From: Camelus ferus
Taxonomy: Eukaryota
Reading direction: 5' to 3'
NCBI RefSeq assembly: GCF_009834535.1
Contig: NC_045697.1
Coordinates: 40,550,001-40,614,000 of the forward strand
Length of the DNA stretch: 64,000 bases
Shown: positions 41,409-52,493 of the stretch, in pieces
Layout: every line of letters starts with the position of its first letter
Numbering within the stretch: the stretch's first letter is position 1
The notes under the pieces: model-generated
What the model saw: only the letters and a program-made list of their open reading frames with translations
Told to the model about the DNA's origin: nothing
The model's database searches: none
Program-made: the position numbers and the translations under genes

Positions 41409-41414
41409 AATAAA
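41409..41414 (+). terminator. SPARCL1: Probable SPARCL1 polyadenylation signal AATAAA (a proximal AATAAA also lies at 41183-41188)
   Basis: AATAAA about 410 nt after the stop, followed by T/GT-rich sequence. Confidence 0.65.
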
Positions 41415-43390
41415 AGTCCATAAAAATCCAAATGCCTATTTGTTTCCAGTCATTTACTTAAACAATTGTATGTGAAAGACCAGCCCAGGGCTCACACTTC
41501 ATATCAAGTTATAGTTGTGCTTCCTGGACCCTACCGCTTAAAAAAAAAAAAAAGTATGAGTGTGCTTGGAGGTGACTTTTCCTATGGGAAATAAATACTC
41601 AGTTGTTAAAATGGCAGTTGCTCATAAATGTCCTTTGCCATAATGTAAGTTTAAACAGAAAAATTTTTGAATTCAATTGCTCAATTAAGTTCAATCAAAT
41701 CAATTCAATTAAAAATGTGGATGATTATGCCCTGCTTGATACAACTAATTTTAGCTTTTGTGCTGGTGTACATGTGTGTCAGGGGAGAGCGAGACCCTGC
41801 AAAATCACTACACGTTTCATGTTTTTAAAGAGAATATAAAGTTAACAGACAGTGGAGAGCCCTGAAGTGTCCTGATGTCCAATGTGGTCAGGTATGAATA
41901 CTACTAGCGTAAGTTGATAGCAAGATGTGTCAGAAAAGAAAATCTGTGTTTCTCTTTGAGCTCTTCTTTGGTAACTATTAATACAGTATAAGTGAAATTG
42001 CAAAAATATAAAAGATATCAAAATAGAGTTTTCCAAGGTCTGAAGCAAAGCAATAAAAGAACCTGTCACCCAGTTTACCCTACTTACAATATTTAAAAGA
42101 AAATAAAATGGTTTTTCACATATTTTCCTGATAGAAGATATTAATGCAATTGTCTTAATTTTTTTTCAAATAATAAAAAATTTTTTGTTGTTAAGAGCCT
42201 TATCTATAATCACTGAGAGAATAGGCCCCTAGGAATTTTATCTGAAGGACACTTAAATGACAGTTTGTTTTCTATCAGAATAATCTTCTCTGATTAACTT
42301 CAAAATTGTGTTTACACTCTTAGTTCGAGTCATTTGTTCTTAACCAGACTACATCACACCATGCCATGTCTAGATAATTAAGATAAATTTGATTAATCAA
42401 AATATAATGAAGCATTATTTATAATTTCTCCCAACTAGGGAAATAACTTTAGGAATTATTCCAAAATTCAGAATGTTTTTCTGTATACCTGCAAAGAAAT
42501 GTCATGAAAGGTCCTAACTAATTAAAAACCAAGTTTGTAACTGTACATTTGTTGGGAACAGTGAAATTAATTTTGGAGGCATTACTTAGACCTAAATTGC
42601 TATCTTTAATGTCTTCTAAATATTTTAAATGTTTTGGAATAGTGAAAAGTGATTTTGATCTAAGGACACTACCTAAATATTCACTAAAAATTTTTTACTT
42701 GAAAATAATTTGTTTTGAAATAAAAATATTATTTAATAATAGAAAGTTTTAGAACCTTAAATTTTTCTATTAGTTAAGGCTCCCATGTGTATAGCTGCCC
42801 TGGATATATTGTAAAAGCACTCTAATATTCTTGGTAGTCACAATTTTTAATTGTGGGTTGTTTGTGATAAAGACATTACTCTAATCCCAACCAAGGAGAT
42901 GAAGTTATTTTCTCAGTAATCAGTCTTTAAGCCTATTTCTGTGTAACTGACATACTTTAGAAGTTGGAGTTCCTTGTCTAGAACCAATTACTCAGTTCAG
43001 CTGCAAATTCTGTGACTCATATTGCCCATGACCACAAAGGTATTAACAATTTGGCTTAAATACTAGACAGGCATAGAGATTCTAGATCACACTGCTCTTT
43101 GAATTTGTTGCTCAAGGACCATTTGAAGCAAAGGTAACTGAAAAGACATACAGTGTAATTTGAACTGATTTTATTGCACTAGGTAAAATTCTGTTGGATA
43201 ATTTAATGATTTCTAACAGGTCCACTTATCAAAGGAAGAAAAAAATTCAAGGGTTTGAATCCAGAAGGAAGAAAAATACAAAGGAGAAACATGAAAAGGG
43301 GAAAGGGGGATAAGGCAAAGTAAAATAGCACAAAGATAAATCAGAGCTGAGTTCCAAATACATGGTATAAAATAGTTGAAGAGTGACATA

Positions 43391-43510
43391 TATAAAGAGA
43401 TATAACTTGCTTTGGATACTGGGGACATGCCTTAATAAGAATATGATGAAATTGATTTTTCTTCCAAAATTCAGTTCCAGAGTACAGTGATTTGGTTTGA
43501 AACTCACAAG
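43391..43510 (+). promoter_or_regulatory. SCPPPQ1: Candidate SCPPPQ1 core promoter (TATAAA 43391-43396) and non-coding exon 1 ending at the donor at 43510
   Basis: Strong donor CAAG|gtaagt about 600 nt upstream of the signal-peptide exon; SCPP genes typically have an untranslated exon 1. The TSS is uncertain. Confidence 0.55.
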
Positions 43511-44126
43511 GTAAGTTAATTTGAATTAAATATGATTTAAGACTATAAAAAGGTTTGCTTTCAGAATCAGCTGGCCAGTAAAGACAGCATTGATTTTATT
43601 TATATTGTTTATTCTCTACAAACTCATTATGCCTTTCAAGATTTTTCCATATCATTTCCTTCTTGATGAAGTATAACTGTCTAGCAGCATCCAGGCCACA
43701 TGATGACCTGGTAAATCTCATGGGGGTAGAAGCTCAAGGTGGATTTATTTGTATATTACGTAAGAAATCTCATTGAGCCAGTGGTGATACATCTCTAATA
43801 TTAAGCATGATCTCATGTTTGAAGATTTGTGGGTAGAGATCACAAAATCAAATAACTTCAGGAACCAAACAGTATGGGTTGAACTTTGAGATTATAAGGA
43901 AGAATAGGAAGTGTATGTTAATGTTTTGAGCCCAAGAATGCATGTCTTGTTTAAAGATTTTTAAAGCACTGTTCTAGGCTTACAAAGCCTAGATCTAGAG
44001 ACAAGAATATAGGCTGACCACTATTTTAAAATCTCTCACTAAAAAGTCCATTTACAATGAGAAGAGGACTTAGAAAAAACAAAAAAATGATCTCCTAACC
44101 CTTCAATTCCAGACTCTTTCTTCAGA

Positions 44127-44183
44127 ATGAAATTTCTTATCCTGGCTAGCCTTTTGATCACTGCCACTGCTCTGCCCATCCCT
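44127..44183 (+). CDS. SCPPPQ1: SCPPPQ1 signal-peptide exon (MKFLILASLLITATALPIP)
   Basis: Acceptor AG at 44111-44112 (alternative 44124-44125), ATG 44127, CCT|gtaagt donor. Confidence 0.92.
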
Positions 44184-47100
44184 GTAAGTACTCCTCCTAT
44201 TTTCCACTCCATTTCTGTTCTAGAGACAGTATTTCTGGGCTAGAAAGCATTTTCTGCGTCTTTTCATTTCACAGAAAAGGAAAGTGGACTTCAGGAGATT
44301 TGCAGAACTAGGAGTTTACCACTGTTCTTCACTCTAAGGGTCTCCAATACAAATCTCAGATCTACATGCCATTTGCAAGCTGCATGACCTTGAGCAAGGA
44401 AATAACCCATGGCTTCCCAGTCTGTAAAATGAGTTGTTAAGAACTACCTCAGAGTTGTGCGAGAATGATAAAAATGTATCCAATGGAACATAGGAAGCTC
44501 TCAAATATATTAAGCAATATAAAGCAAGTACCCCTCAGTGACCTAGGTCTTATTTAGGCAGTTTAAATTGAGTTTCATTTACAATACCCTTATCCCAAAC
44601 CGTCTCATGTTGACTACAGTCATGCTTCACCATCATACAAATGAGATCAATGATTCTATTCCGCATTCATTATGGTCTGACTATGTAGAGCACCTAGTAG
44701 GCAAGAAATCCTGTTCCCTGCACATTTTGTAACAAAGGAGCCTTCAAAGAAGTGAGGGAGCTTTCAAAATTTGCATTTGTGGATACAAAGTTTAAATTTA
44801 CACTTCCACACTCTCTCCACTTTGAACTCATAAATGCTGAGAACAATTAGAGAGCACTCTTGATTCAAAGGTAAAGAGGCATGCAATATGTAATTAATCT
44901 TAAGAAATGTAAAGAAAAACATTCTTTGGAAGTAAGTTTAAAGGTAGAAAGTACAAATTCTAAATCACTGGACAAAATTAATTTAACTTTTCCTATTAGA
45001 CTTGACTGCTTTTTATTTCGGAGGGAAAGCTACGTTACTGATGAGTGGCTTGCTACCTATTCTCATTTAGAATAAAACCTCTCCGTAATGAATAACGTAT
45101 TGCCATATGTTGTTTCACCTTGTTGCTGTTATTGTTTTACAAGCTTGAACAACCTGGAGGAAGTTCCAGTAGTCAGGTAAACTTCTGGTTGTATTTTCAA
45201 ATGACATGTTCATCACTTTTAAAGTCTGCAAATGTTTGAAATGACTGACATCCTGTATCTTGTTACAGAGATTTAACGTTTACCCACCGCAAGAACCAGC
45301 ATTTTTTCCCCAGATCCCGTTTCCCCTACCTCCGCAATTGCCCCTGGTAAGCACAGGCTTGGGGGATCTCAAATCACAAAAAGTATTTATTAGTTGGATA
45401 ATGGTTATAACATTTTCCAAATTTTGACACAGAAATATGAGGCTTTCGGAGGCCACCAGGCATCAACTACTCACACTTCTTTCCCTGCACAGCTTGCGAA
45501 AGTTTGACAAGGGGCTAGCAAATTTCCCTCCAAAGCTTCAGTAACTTGCTCCCATATCTCTCTACACTTGTTATCAAAAAGGTACTTAAGGGTGGGGGGT
45601 GGGTGTAGCTCAGTGGCAAAATACAGGCTTAGCATGCTTGAGGTCCTGGGTTCAATTCCCAGTAACTCCATTCAAAAAACAGAGGTGTTTATGCTGAATT
45701 TCTTTGACTATGACAAGCTTAGTTACTCTTTATGAAGGGAATGGGAATGCTAATCTTTTTCTATTTTACCTGTTCTTTTCCTAAATCACCTTGCTGCTTT
45801 CTTTTCTCTAAAGTTTTTTTTTCCCAGCTGTCTGTAACTTTTTCTCACAGGTCAAACAATATAATTATTTTGTTTTTCTTTCTGTATCCTCTCCAATCTC
45901 TCCTAATATCTGGATTCTTAAAACATTTTTTAAATAAAGGCCAGAACAATGCTAAATACATAATAGAGCTGCCTTTATTGGTACAGACAGCATATATTTG
46001 GCTAATACTTACTGAGTGTCTACTATATAATGGGGTCTACAGTGAGGGCTGGAAATACAAAAAGGTATGAATAAGTTCATAATCTAATAAGGAAGAGAGG
46101 TTCATAAATGAAAAAACAACGTATTTGTGTAAATACTTCTAGATGCAAATACAAAACCAGTTGATTTAGGCTGTGTGCCAAAGACTTCTTTCACAGAGAA
46201 GTATCCAAGCCAGGTCATGAGAAGTAGGTGGGGCACTCCAGGCAGAGGGAACAGCAAGTGCTGAGAAGGACAGGCAACTTGGGGAAAGAAAGACTAGGGT
46301 AATGAGGCTGCAACACAGGTTGGGATATCTTAAATAAACAGTATTTAGGCAATGATGTTTTGAAAAGTTCATACACGGTTTAAAATAGCATTTTGTTTGA
46401 CTCCTTGTCTATTACCTAAATATTTTTAAAATATAAGCACAATTTTGCATAATTTTGCTTTTATATCTAAATGTAACAAACATCTTCCCTTGGCTGATAT
46501 TTAATTTCAAACTGTTTATTTTTTAACTTTAAGTAGGCTTTTGGAAATTGTCCCTAAAGTTATAGTCCTCAATGGAACACTCTTTCCCTTTTATGCTTTC
46601 ATATGGCCTATTTGAATCTTAGACACTAAATTTCTAAGTTCTTACATTTAATGCAAAATCCTGGAGTATTGGTTTATAATTAAAATTTAGGAATCACTAT
46701 TAACATCTTATTTTTAAATTATGTAAATCTGTGTGGCAATACAATCACTAGTATTTGAAATGGAAGCTCTTCTTTCCACCAGATGGCAGAATAGTATTAA
46801 AAATCCAGGCAAAGAATGATTTACCGTACAGAAACTGATGGATTTGCAAGAACTATCAACACAAAAGACAGATTCCTAGGCTTTAGGTTTGATTAATTAA
46901 GCATAATACGCATACTTCTTGAAAGAAAAAATGATTTGAAATCTACTGAAATCTAATCTCTCCCATAGAAGGAGGACTCCCTGACAGCATGCAATTGCTC
47001 AATAAATACTGGATGAATGGATGGATGGATGGATGGATGGACAAGTAAATGGATGAATAATTGAGAAAAAAAGCTAAAACAAAATGTGAACATCACATAA

Positions 47101-50100
47101 TTCACTCTTTTTTCCTTTTTTGTAGATTTCAATTCCTCTTCCTTTTCCATTTCTTAATAATCCAAATCAGGTAATTATACTTTAAGTTTCTTTTATGAAA
47201 GTATTTAAAAGAATACAAAACAAAACCTTGAAAATTCTTTACATTTATTGGGAAAGGAACTTGACACCAAAAATAATGGCTATCATTCTCCTTTGGGGAT
47301 CACTAGTGATTGATTATTTTGTCTTATTTGAGCCATTTAATGTATAAATCTCACATATCTTTGAAAACTGAACTACCTAAAACCTGAAACTTTCCTTGAC
47401 CATGTGGATGGAACCCAGGAGACTAGCACAAAAAGAATTTGAAGTCAAATAATCCGAGGATGCAAGCTCTGTCATTTAATACTTGGGAGTAATCTCAAAC
47501 TCCTTCATGCCTTACTTTCTCTTAAAATATAAAATAGTGAAAATGAATGATATATAAAGTCCATTACATCTCTAAAATTTTATGCTTACAGTGGGGGAAA
47601 ATGCATTCTTACTGAAATGGATTCTGTCTCAGAAGCCTCTGAACTAGATTTAAGATTATGATCATGGTATAAAGGGATTATTTAAATTTTACTTTTGACA
47701 GGATCTTACTGAATGAAGGAAAATCACATAGGATGAGACTGACTCAGTCACAAGCAAAAAACAAATTATGTATAATATAGCATGTTAATTCCAATTTTTT
47801 TTATGTTACTTCTATTACAATTATAGGAAATGATATTATTAAAGCTTCTTTTCATAAAGAGGTGATCCCCAAATATAGTCTTTTTTCCAACCTCATAAAT
47901 GTAAGTTTAACGATCATTCCAAGAAGTTCCTGCTACTTTTGGAGTCCACAAAAGAAAATGTGGACTACATGTTTCCAGAGATAGTAGGTTTGGGGCTGGG
48001 TGCGGGGACAGTACTATGGGGTAGAAGTACTTAAAATACTAGTGAATGTGAATCCTACTGACATAATTTTATAAATGCTTAGAATTCTAAAAAGCACGTT
48101 TTCATTAATCAAACTAATATAAAATGTATAACATAGAAAAGATAGATAAAATGCTGAATTATAACCCCTTGATTATTTGATTATGTTTCTTTATTCTAGG
48201 TCCTGACACTTGATGACCTTATAGCGGTAAATTCATCTGCCTTGTTAATCTATAAGTTTATAAAAAATATTACATTCAACACCCTATATATGATGAGCCA
48301 GTTCATCTTATCATCTATCTTTATTTGTCCAATTCATTTGGAAACAAAATAAAGTGTGGCTTTTAAATTCAAAGCCAAAAAACTATCTCAATGCATGCAA
48401 ACAGATCTATATTCCTTTATTCAACTCATCCAAATTGACAAAACAGCCTCTTCTATCATAGATGAGGATGAAGGTGAAGAGTCACAGATTTAAGAGTGAT
48501 AGAATAAATTGCTTTAGGAGAGATGAAATAGACTAGATTATTTCTTCACTAATGACTTATTAGCATGAATGCGTAATACAATAAAGATTATCAATTCTAA
48601 ATCCCAGCAGATAACTTTTTTTTTACTGAACTGTACATAATTCAACTTTTTAATGAGGACCTTTATTGGTATGTTATTCAAAATCTTTGTTTATGAAAAC
48701 ATAGGAGAAATACTTAAATTACAAAAGAGAATACGAAAAAATTTCATTTCCCATACACTTTTCACACTTAAACATTTTCTGAAATCAACACATCTCACAG
48801 CAGATGCCTTTAACTTAGGATCTCCTTTTTCTTTAAGACGCATCACTAACTAAATGGTACACTTCACAGCTGACGGTATCTTAGAATTAGAGACATGCAG
48901 TATTTTGCAAAAATGTCAGAAAGTTAGGCCTCAATCAATGTGTGCCTGAGGTAAAAATTTTCAGGATTCTTTAATACAGATTATTTAAAGTCACTCATCT
49001 TGAAGAATATTTAAGTGTCCCAGAAACTTTAAGGTCAAATTAAATAAGAATCTAAGTCTTGAATTCAAATAGCTAGTGCTCTTCCCATAATCAACTCTGT
49101 TTAAACAGTATTATAGTCCATTTCCAAATGACAAATCATGAAAATTCTAGCATATTTCTAGAATTTATTATACATATATATATAAATATATGTTCTAAAA
49201 ATGTTTAAGAACCTACCTTCAATAATTATTGATAATTACAAAATTAGCAAATCGACCTTTACATCAAAACATGGCTAAAAGAGCACTGATCTGTTGTGGG
49301 GAAGCCTAAATTATAAGCTCATCTTTAAAATTAAATTAGCTGTGTGACCTTGGGTAAATGTATGAATATACCCCCAAAGTCTCTTCCAGCGAAAATACTG
49401 ACTCTTCAGACATCTAACTCATTCGAATTATCAAATCTGAACACTTCATACTGACTTACACTATTTTATGAGCTTTTAAAAAGTGCTGTTGGTTACAACC
49501 CATCCTGGAAAGGATCCTGACAGAATACTTATAGAACTGCCATTTCTTCATAGTCATGAGAACTTTTTTCTCCCAGTGATTGTAGCTAAGTCAAGGAGCA
49601 GGAAGAGGAATTCCGCATTGTTCTTGCCTAAGAACAAGCAGGATAGTGTTTAGCTTAGATATTCTTGCATCCATGCTGGGAGGGACAGCTCTACAAACAG
49701 ATTTGCCTTTTTGACAGAGTGGTCAATTTCTTGAGCAAGCTGCCAGTCTCTTAAAACAGGACCACAGGGAGTTACACGGTAATACTTTCCCAATGAAAGT
49801 TACAAGGTAATACTTTCCCAATGAAATTGCTTGTGTAAGCAAACCCTGGAAGCAAAGTCATACTTGTCTTAAAATTTTGGTTCAAATATCATTCACACAG
49901 AAAATTTCACATAATTTAAGAAAGATAGCACTTTCATGGAGGTGTACACAGAGAGCTTCTTAACCAGTGACATCAATTGGGGGGTTGATTAGGTTTATTT
50001 ATTTGTTTGTTTGTTTTTAGAGGTGATACTAGGGATTGAACCCAGGACTCTGTGTATGCTAAGCATGCACTCTATCATTTGAGCTATCCGCTCCCCCTCC

Positions 50101-51495
50101 ACATCAATTTTCTATATTTCAGATATAATGAATACTGTTACAAGGTAGTTAAAAGAAAATATTTTTGTGAATTAGGGGAATTTGAATCCAGATATTGCAT
50201 ATTCATTTTAAAATCTTACACTGTGAAAATAAAACACTAAGCAGTAAAACGGAATTAAATTTTCAATAAAAACAAATTTTCATATAGAAAATACTTTAGC
50301 TTATATATGTACTAAGTTAAAAATAAGCTAAAAAGTAAACCCATTGATATCACTGATCATTGATTTTTCTTCTTTCACAGTTAATCATTTCTATTTTGAA
50401 CCAACTTGGGGTAAGTCCATATTAATTTTTAAGCTATGAACTGCAAACCTACTTAATGGACAAAAGATAACTTTAATAATTTTTTTTATTTTTAGGGTTT
50501 CTTTGGGGTAAGACTTCTTTGCTATGATTATATTGATAAAAGCAAATGGCATTTAATCTTAGAAAAGGTAAGAATAATTCTTTTGAACCATAAAAACATA
50601 TGGCAGAATGGAACCCAACTGATCTATCCAAATTAAAGCTCATGAGTTATAAACTCAGTTTCCTCCAAGATCTTTAGGTCAGAATTTCTGCAGGTCTAAA
50701 AGTGTATTCTTTCCATAATGCCCATAGCATCTGGCAAAATTTCAGTTTACAGAAATACATGCATTAGGTTAAGAAATTTCAAACAGTAAATTTTACCTCA
50801 AGCTTATTTTTGTCTTACAAATAATTCAGAGTAAACAGTAAGAAAAGCTTGCTGTGAAACTACCAAATCTAGAAACGTTCTGATCTCAAGGCAAGGGTAC
50901 AAATCTCCTTAACATAAAAGCATCGGCTCACTTGATGGAAAGGCTACAAACCTTGAGACTTCTATTTTGATTCTCAGCCAAGTTTTCTTTCATTTAAAAT
51001 ATATACAAAAGAGAGAGAGACTGAAAAGGTATATTCCCTTTTTAAGTATCTGAATTAATGTCAATTAAAATTATATACAGTATGTATTTATTTTAATCTA
51101 CCTTGAGAGACACTGATAAATCAAAATATTCTCAATTCCAATTTTGAGACAGAAACTGGATTTCACCCAAGTTTTCCTTCTGACAAATTTCATTGCCCTA
51201 AAGCGCTTATTAAGTGTCTCTTACCACTTCAAATGCTTTTAGGCCATCGGGGTGAAGCAGGAGAACTTAAGCTCTATGTTGCAGAAAAGACAGTTCAATG
51301 GTTCAGTTTATCAGCATTTAGGTATTACAGAACCACACTATTATCTACCTCCCAATACACATGACTACCAATACAAACACATAGGCATTGAATAACCATA
51401 ATATGGGAGACATAAGATGGAGGCAAAGGAAAATTATGGCAAAAATATCTTCATGTAGTAACTATAATCTGTATTATTTATTTTGGCAGAAATAA
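44127..51495 (+). CDS. SCPPPQ1: Secretory calcium-binding phosphoprotein, Pro/Gln-rich 1; spliced 95-aa CDS
   Basis: join(44127..44183,45144..45176,45269..45346,47126..47170,48200..48226,50381..50410,50496..50507,51490..51495) = MKFLILASLLITATALPIP LEQPGGSSSSQ RFNVYPPQEPAFFPQIPFPLPPQLPL ISIPLPFPFLNNPNQ VLTLDDLIA LIISILNQLG GFFG K*. All introns are GT-AG phase 0; the position between SPARCL1 and NUDT9 fits. Confidence 0.88.
45144..45176 (+). CDS. SCPPPQ1: SCPPPQ1 exon 3 (LEQPGGSSSSQ)
   Basis: ttttacaag|CTT ... CAG|gtaaac, 33 nt, Ser cluster at the exon end as in SCPP genes. Confidence 0.87.
45269..45346 (+). CDS. SCPPPQ1: SCPPPQ1 exon 4 (RFNVYPPQEPAFFPQIPFPLPPQLPL)
   Basis: tgttacag|AGA ... 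CTG|gtaagc, 78 nt, Pro/Gln/Phe-rich. Confidence 0.9.
45590..45680 (+). mobile_element. tRNA-derived SINE (Vic-1-like) in SCPPPQ1 intron 4
   Basis: A-box gtagctcagtggc, B-box ggttcaattccc, short A tail. Confidence 0.87.
47126..47170 (+). CDS. SCPPPQ1: SCPPPQ1 exon 5 (ISIPLPFPFLNNPNQ)
   Basis: Long polypyrimidine tract, tgtag|ATT ... CAG|gtaatt, 45 nt. Confidence 0.87.
48200..48226 (+). CDS. SCPPPQ1: SCPPPQ1 exon 6 (VLTLDDLIA)
   Basis: ttctag|GTC ... GCG|gtaaat, 27 nt. Confidence 0.85.
49979..50100 (-). mobile_element. tRNA-derived SINE (Vic-1-like) with 9-bp TSD
   Basis: TSD acatcaatt at 49970-49978 and 50101-50109; A/B boxes on the minus strand. Confidence 0.9.
50381..50410 (+). CDS. SCPPPQ1: SCPPPQ1 exon 7 (LIISILNQLG)
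   Basis: tttcacag|TTA ... GGG|gtaagt, 30 nt. Confidence 0.86.
50496..50507 (+). CDS. SCPPPQ1: SCPPPQ1 exon 8, 12-nt microexon (GFFG)
   Basis: tttttag|GGT TTC TTT GGG|gtaaga, after an 85-nt intron. Confidence 0.78.
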
Positions 51496-51527
51496 ATCTC
51501 TTACTACTGTGTCAGAAGTCATATACG
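51490..51527 (+). CDS. SCPPPQ1: SCPPPQ1 exon 9 (K + TAA stop at 51493-51495, then 3' UTR)
   Basis: ttttggcag|AAA TAA ... ACG|gttagt; a stop in the penultimate exon is common in P/Q-rich SCPP genes. Confidence 0.7.
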
Positions 51528-52169
51528 GTTAGTAAAATCTCCAAATATCTTTTAAGCATTATTATACATTTTAAAATATTTTTTATCCTAAGAGTTAAAT
51601 AGCCTCAGATTGTGCCCATGTTGGTAAGTTAATAATATGATTGAAGTAGGTGTAAACAAGACCAAATTGATTACAAGTGCTTTCTTCAAATGCTGTAAAT
51701 TATAAATAAATCAATTTATTTATTATAATTTTACAGGTACTTTAGAAAATAATAGCAACTACCATAAATCCTTATACTGTAAAGCAGAGTAGCATTTAAC
51801 TTCTAAAAGTGGTTAGAAATTTTAGGTGCCTTCTTTAGCTTCATTTAGCATCTTGTTTCTATTTGAATTTGAATGCTTTCAAATCTCAAGAATACCTGCT
51901 GGCAAGACAAACACTGATGGAGTTACTCATCCTTACATTAAGATATTATCAATTGTCTCTGGGCCAAAGTTTTGCAAACAGTTTCAACAATGCTAGTCAG
52001 ATCAGATGTGGCCCTTAAATTTCAAGTCACAAACCATAAATGTATTACTATTTATGTCATATATAACATGAATACTGCTTAAGTAATACAGAATCTTCCA
52101 AACTACAAACTTAAAGTAACAAATCATAAAAGCTCCATAACTTTAGTAGGGAATACAATCGTCAGAGGA

Positions 52170-52340
52170 ACCAGGCAGATCAGGATTCAAATCTCAGCTC
52201 TTTTGCTTATTGAATAAACCTTGGGGCAACCTTTCTAAAATATCATTTTCATCAGTGAAGTGAATATCACCTAACTTCATAGGACTGTTGTGAGGATTAA
52301 GTGATATAATGTAGATATTCAATAAATGGTAGCTATTATT
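52170..52340 (+). mobile_element. MIR relic
   Basis: ggattcaaatctcagctc...cataggactgttgtgaggattaagtga...caataaatggtagctattatt. Confidence 0.75.
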
Positions 52341-52493
52341 ATTTATTCTACTAAATATCTCTTAAAACCCAAAATATTCTTTATATCTAACATATTAAAA
52401 AGCAAATATGAAGGCAATATCACCTAGTGATAGAAGATATTCCTCCAGAAATGTCTTAAAATGAAATTTTAATCTGTTTTTTCTCTATTATAG

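Noticed and set aside
45590..45680. tRNA gene calls for the A-box/B-box elements (also at 20.5, 34.1, 50.0 and 55.2 kb)
   Set aside because: No intact cloverleaf or acceptor stem; A-rich tails and TSDs show they are SINEs. ORFs 45471..45671 and 50052..50240 are SINE-derived noise.
45590..50100. Inverted SINE pair around SCPPPQ1 exons 5-6 driving circularisation or skipping
   Set aside because: The copies are short (about 80 nt shared) and visibly diverged, so stable pairing is doubtful.
51737..51900. Alternative SCPPPQ1 terminal-exon acceptor (ttttacag|GTAC at 51736)
   Set aside because: Plausible AG, but no nearby downstream AATAAA outside a MIR. The 52494 acceptor with tandem AATAAA fits better. 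Cannot be excluded without cDNA.
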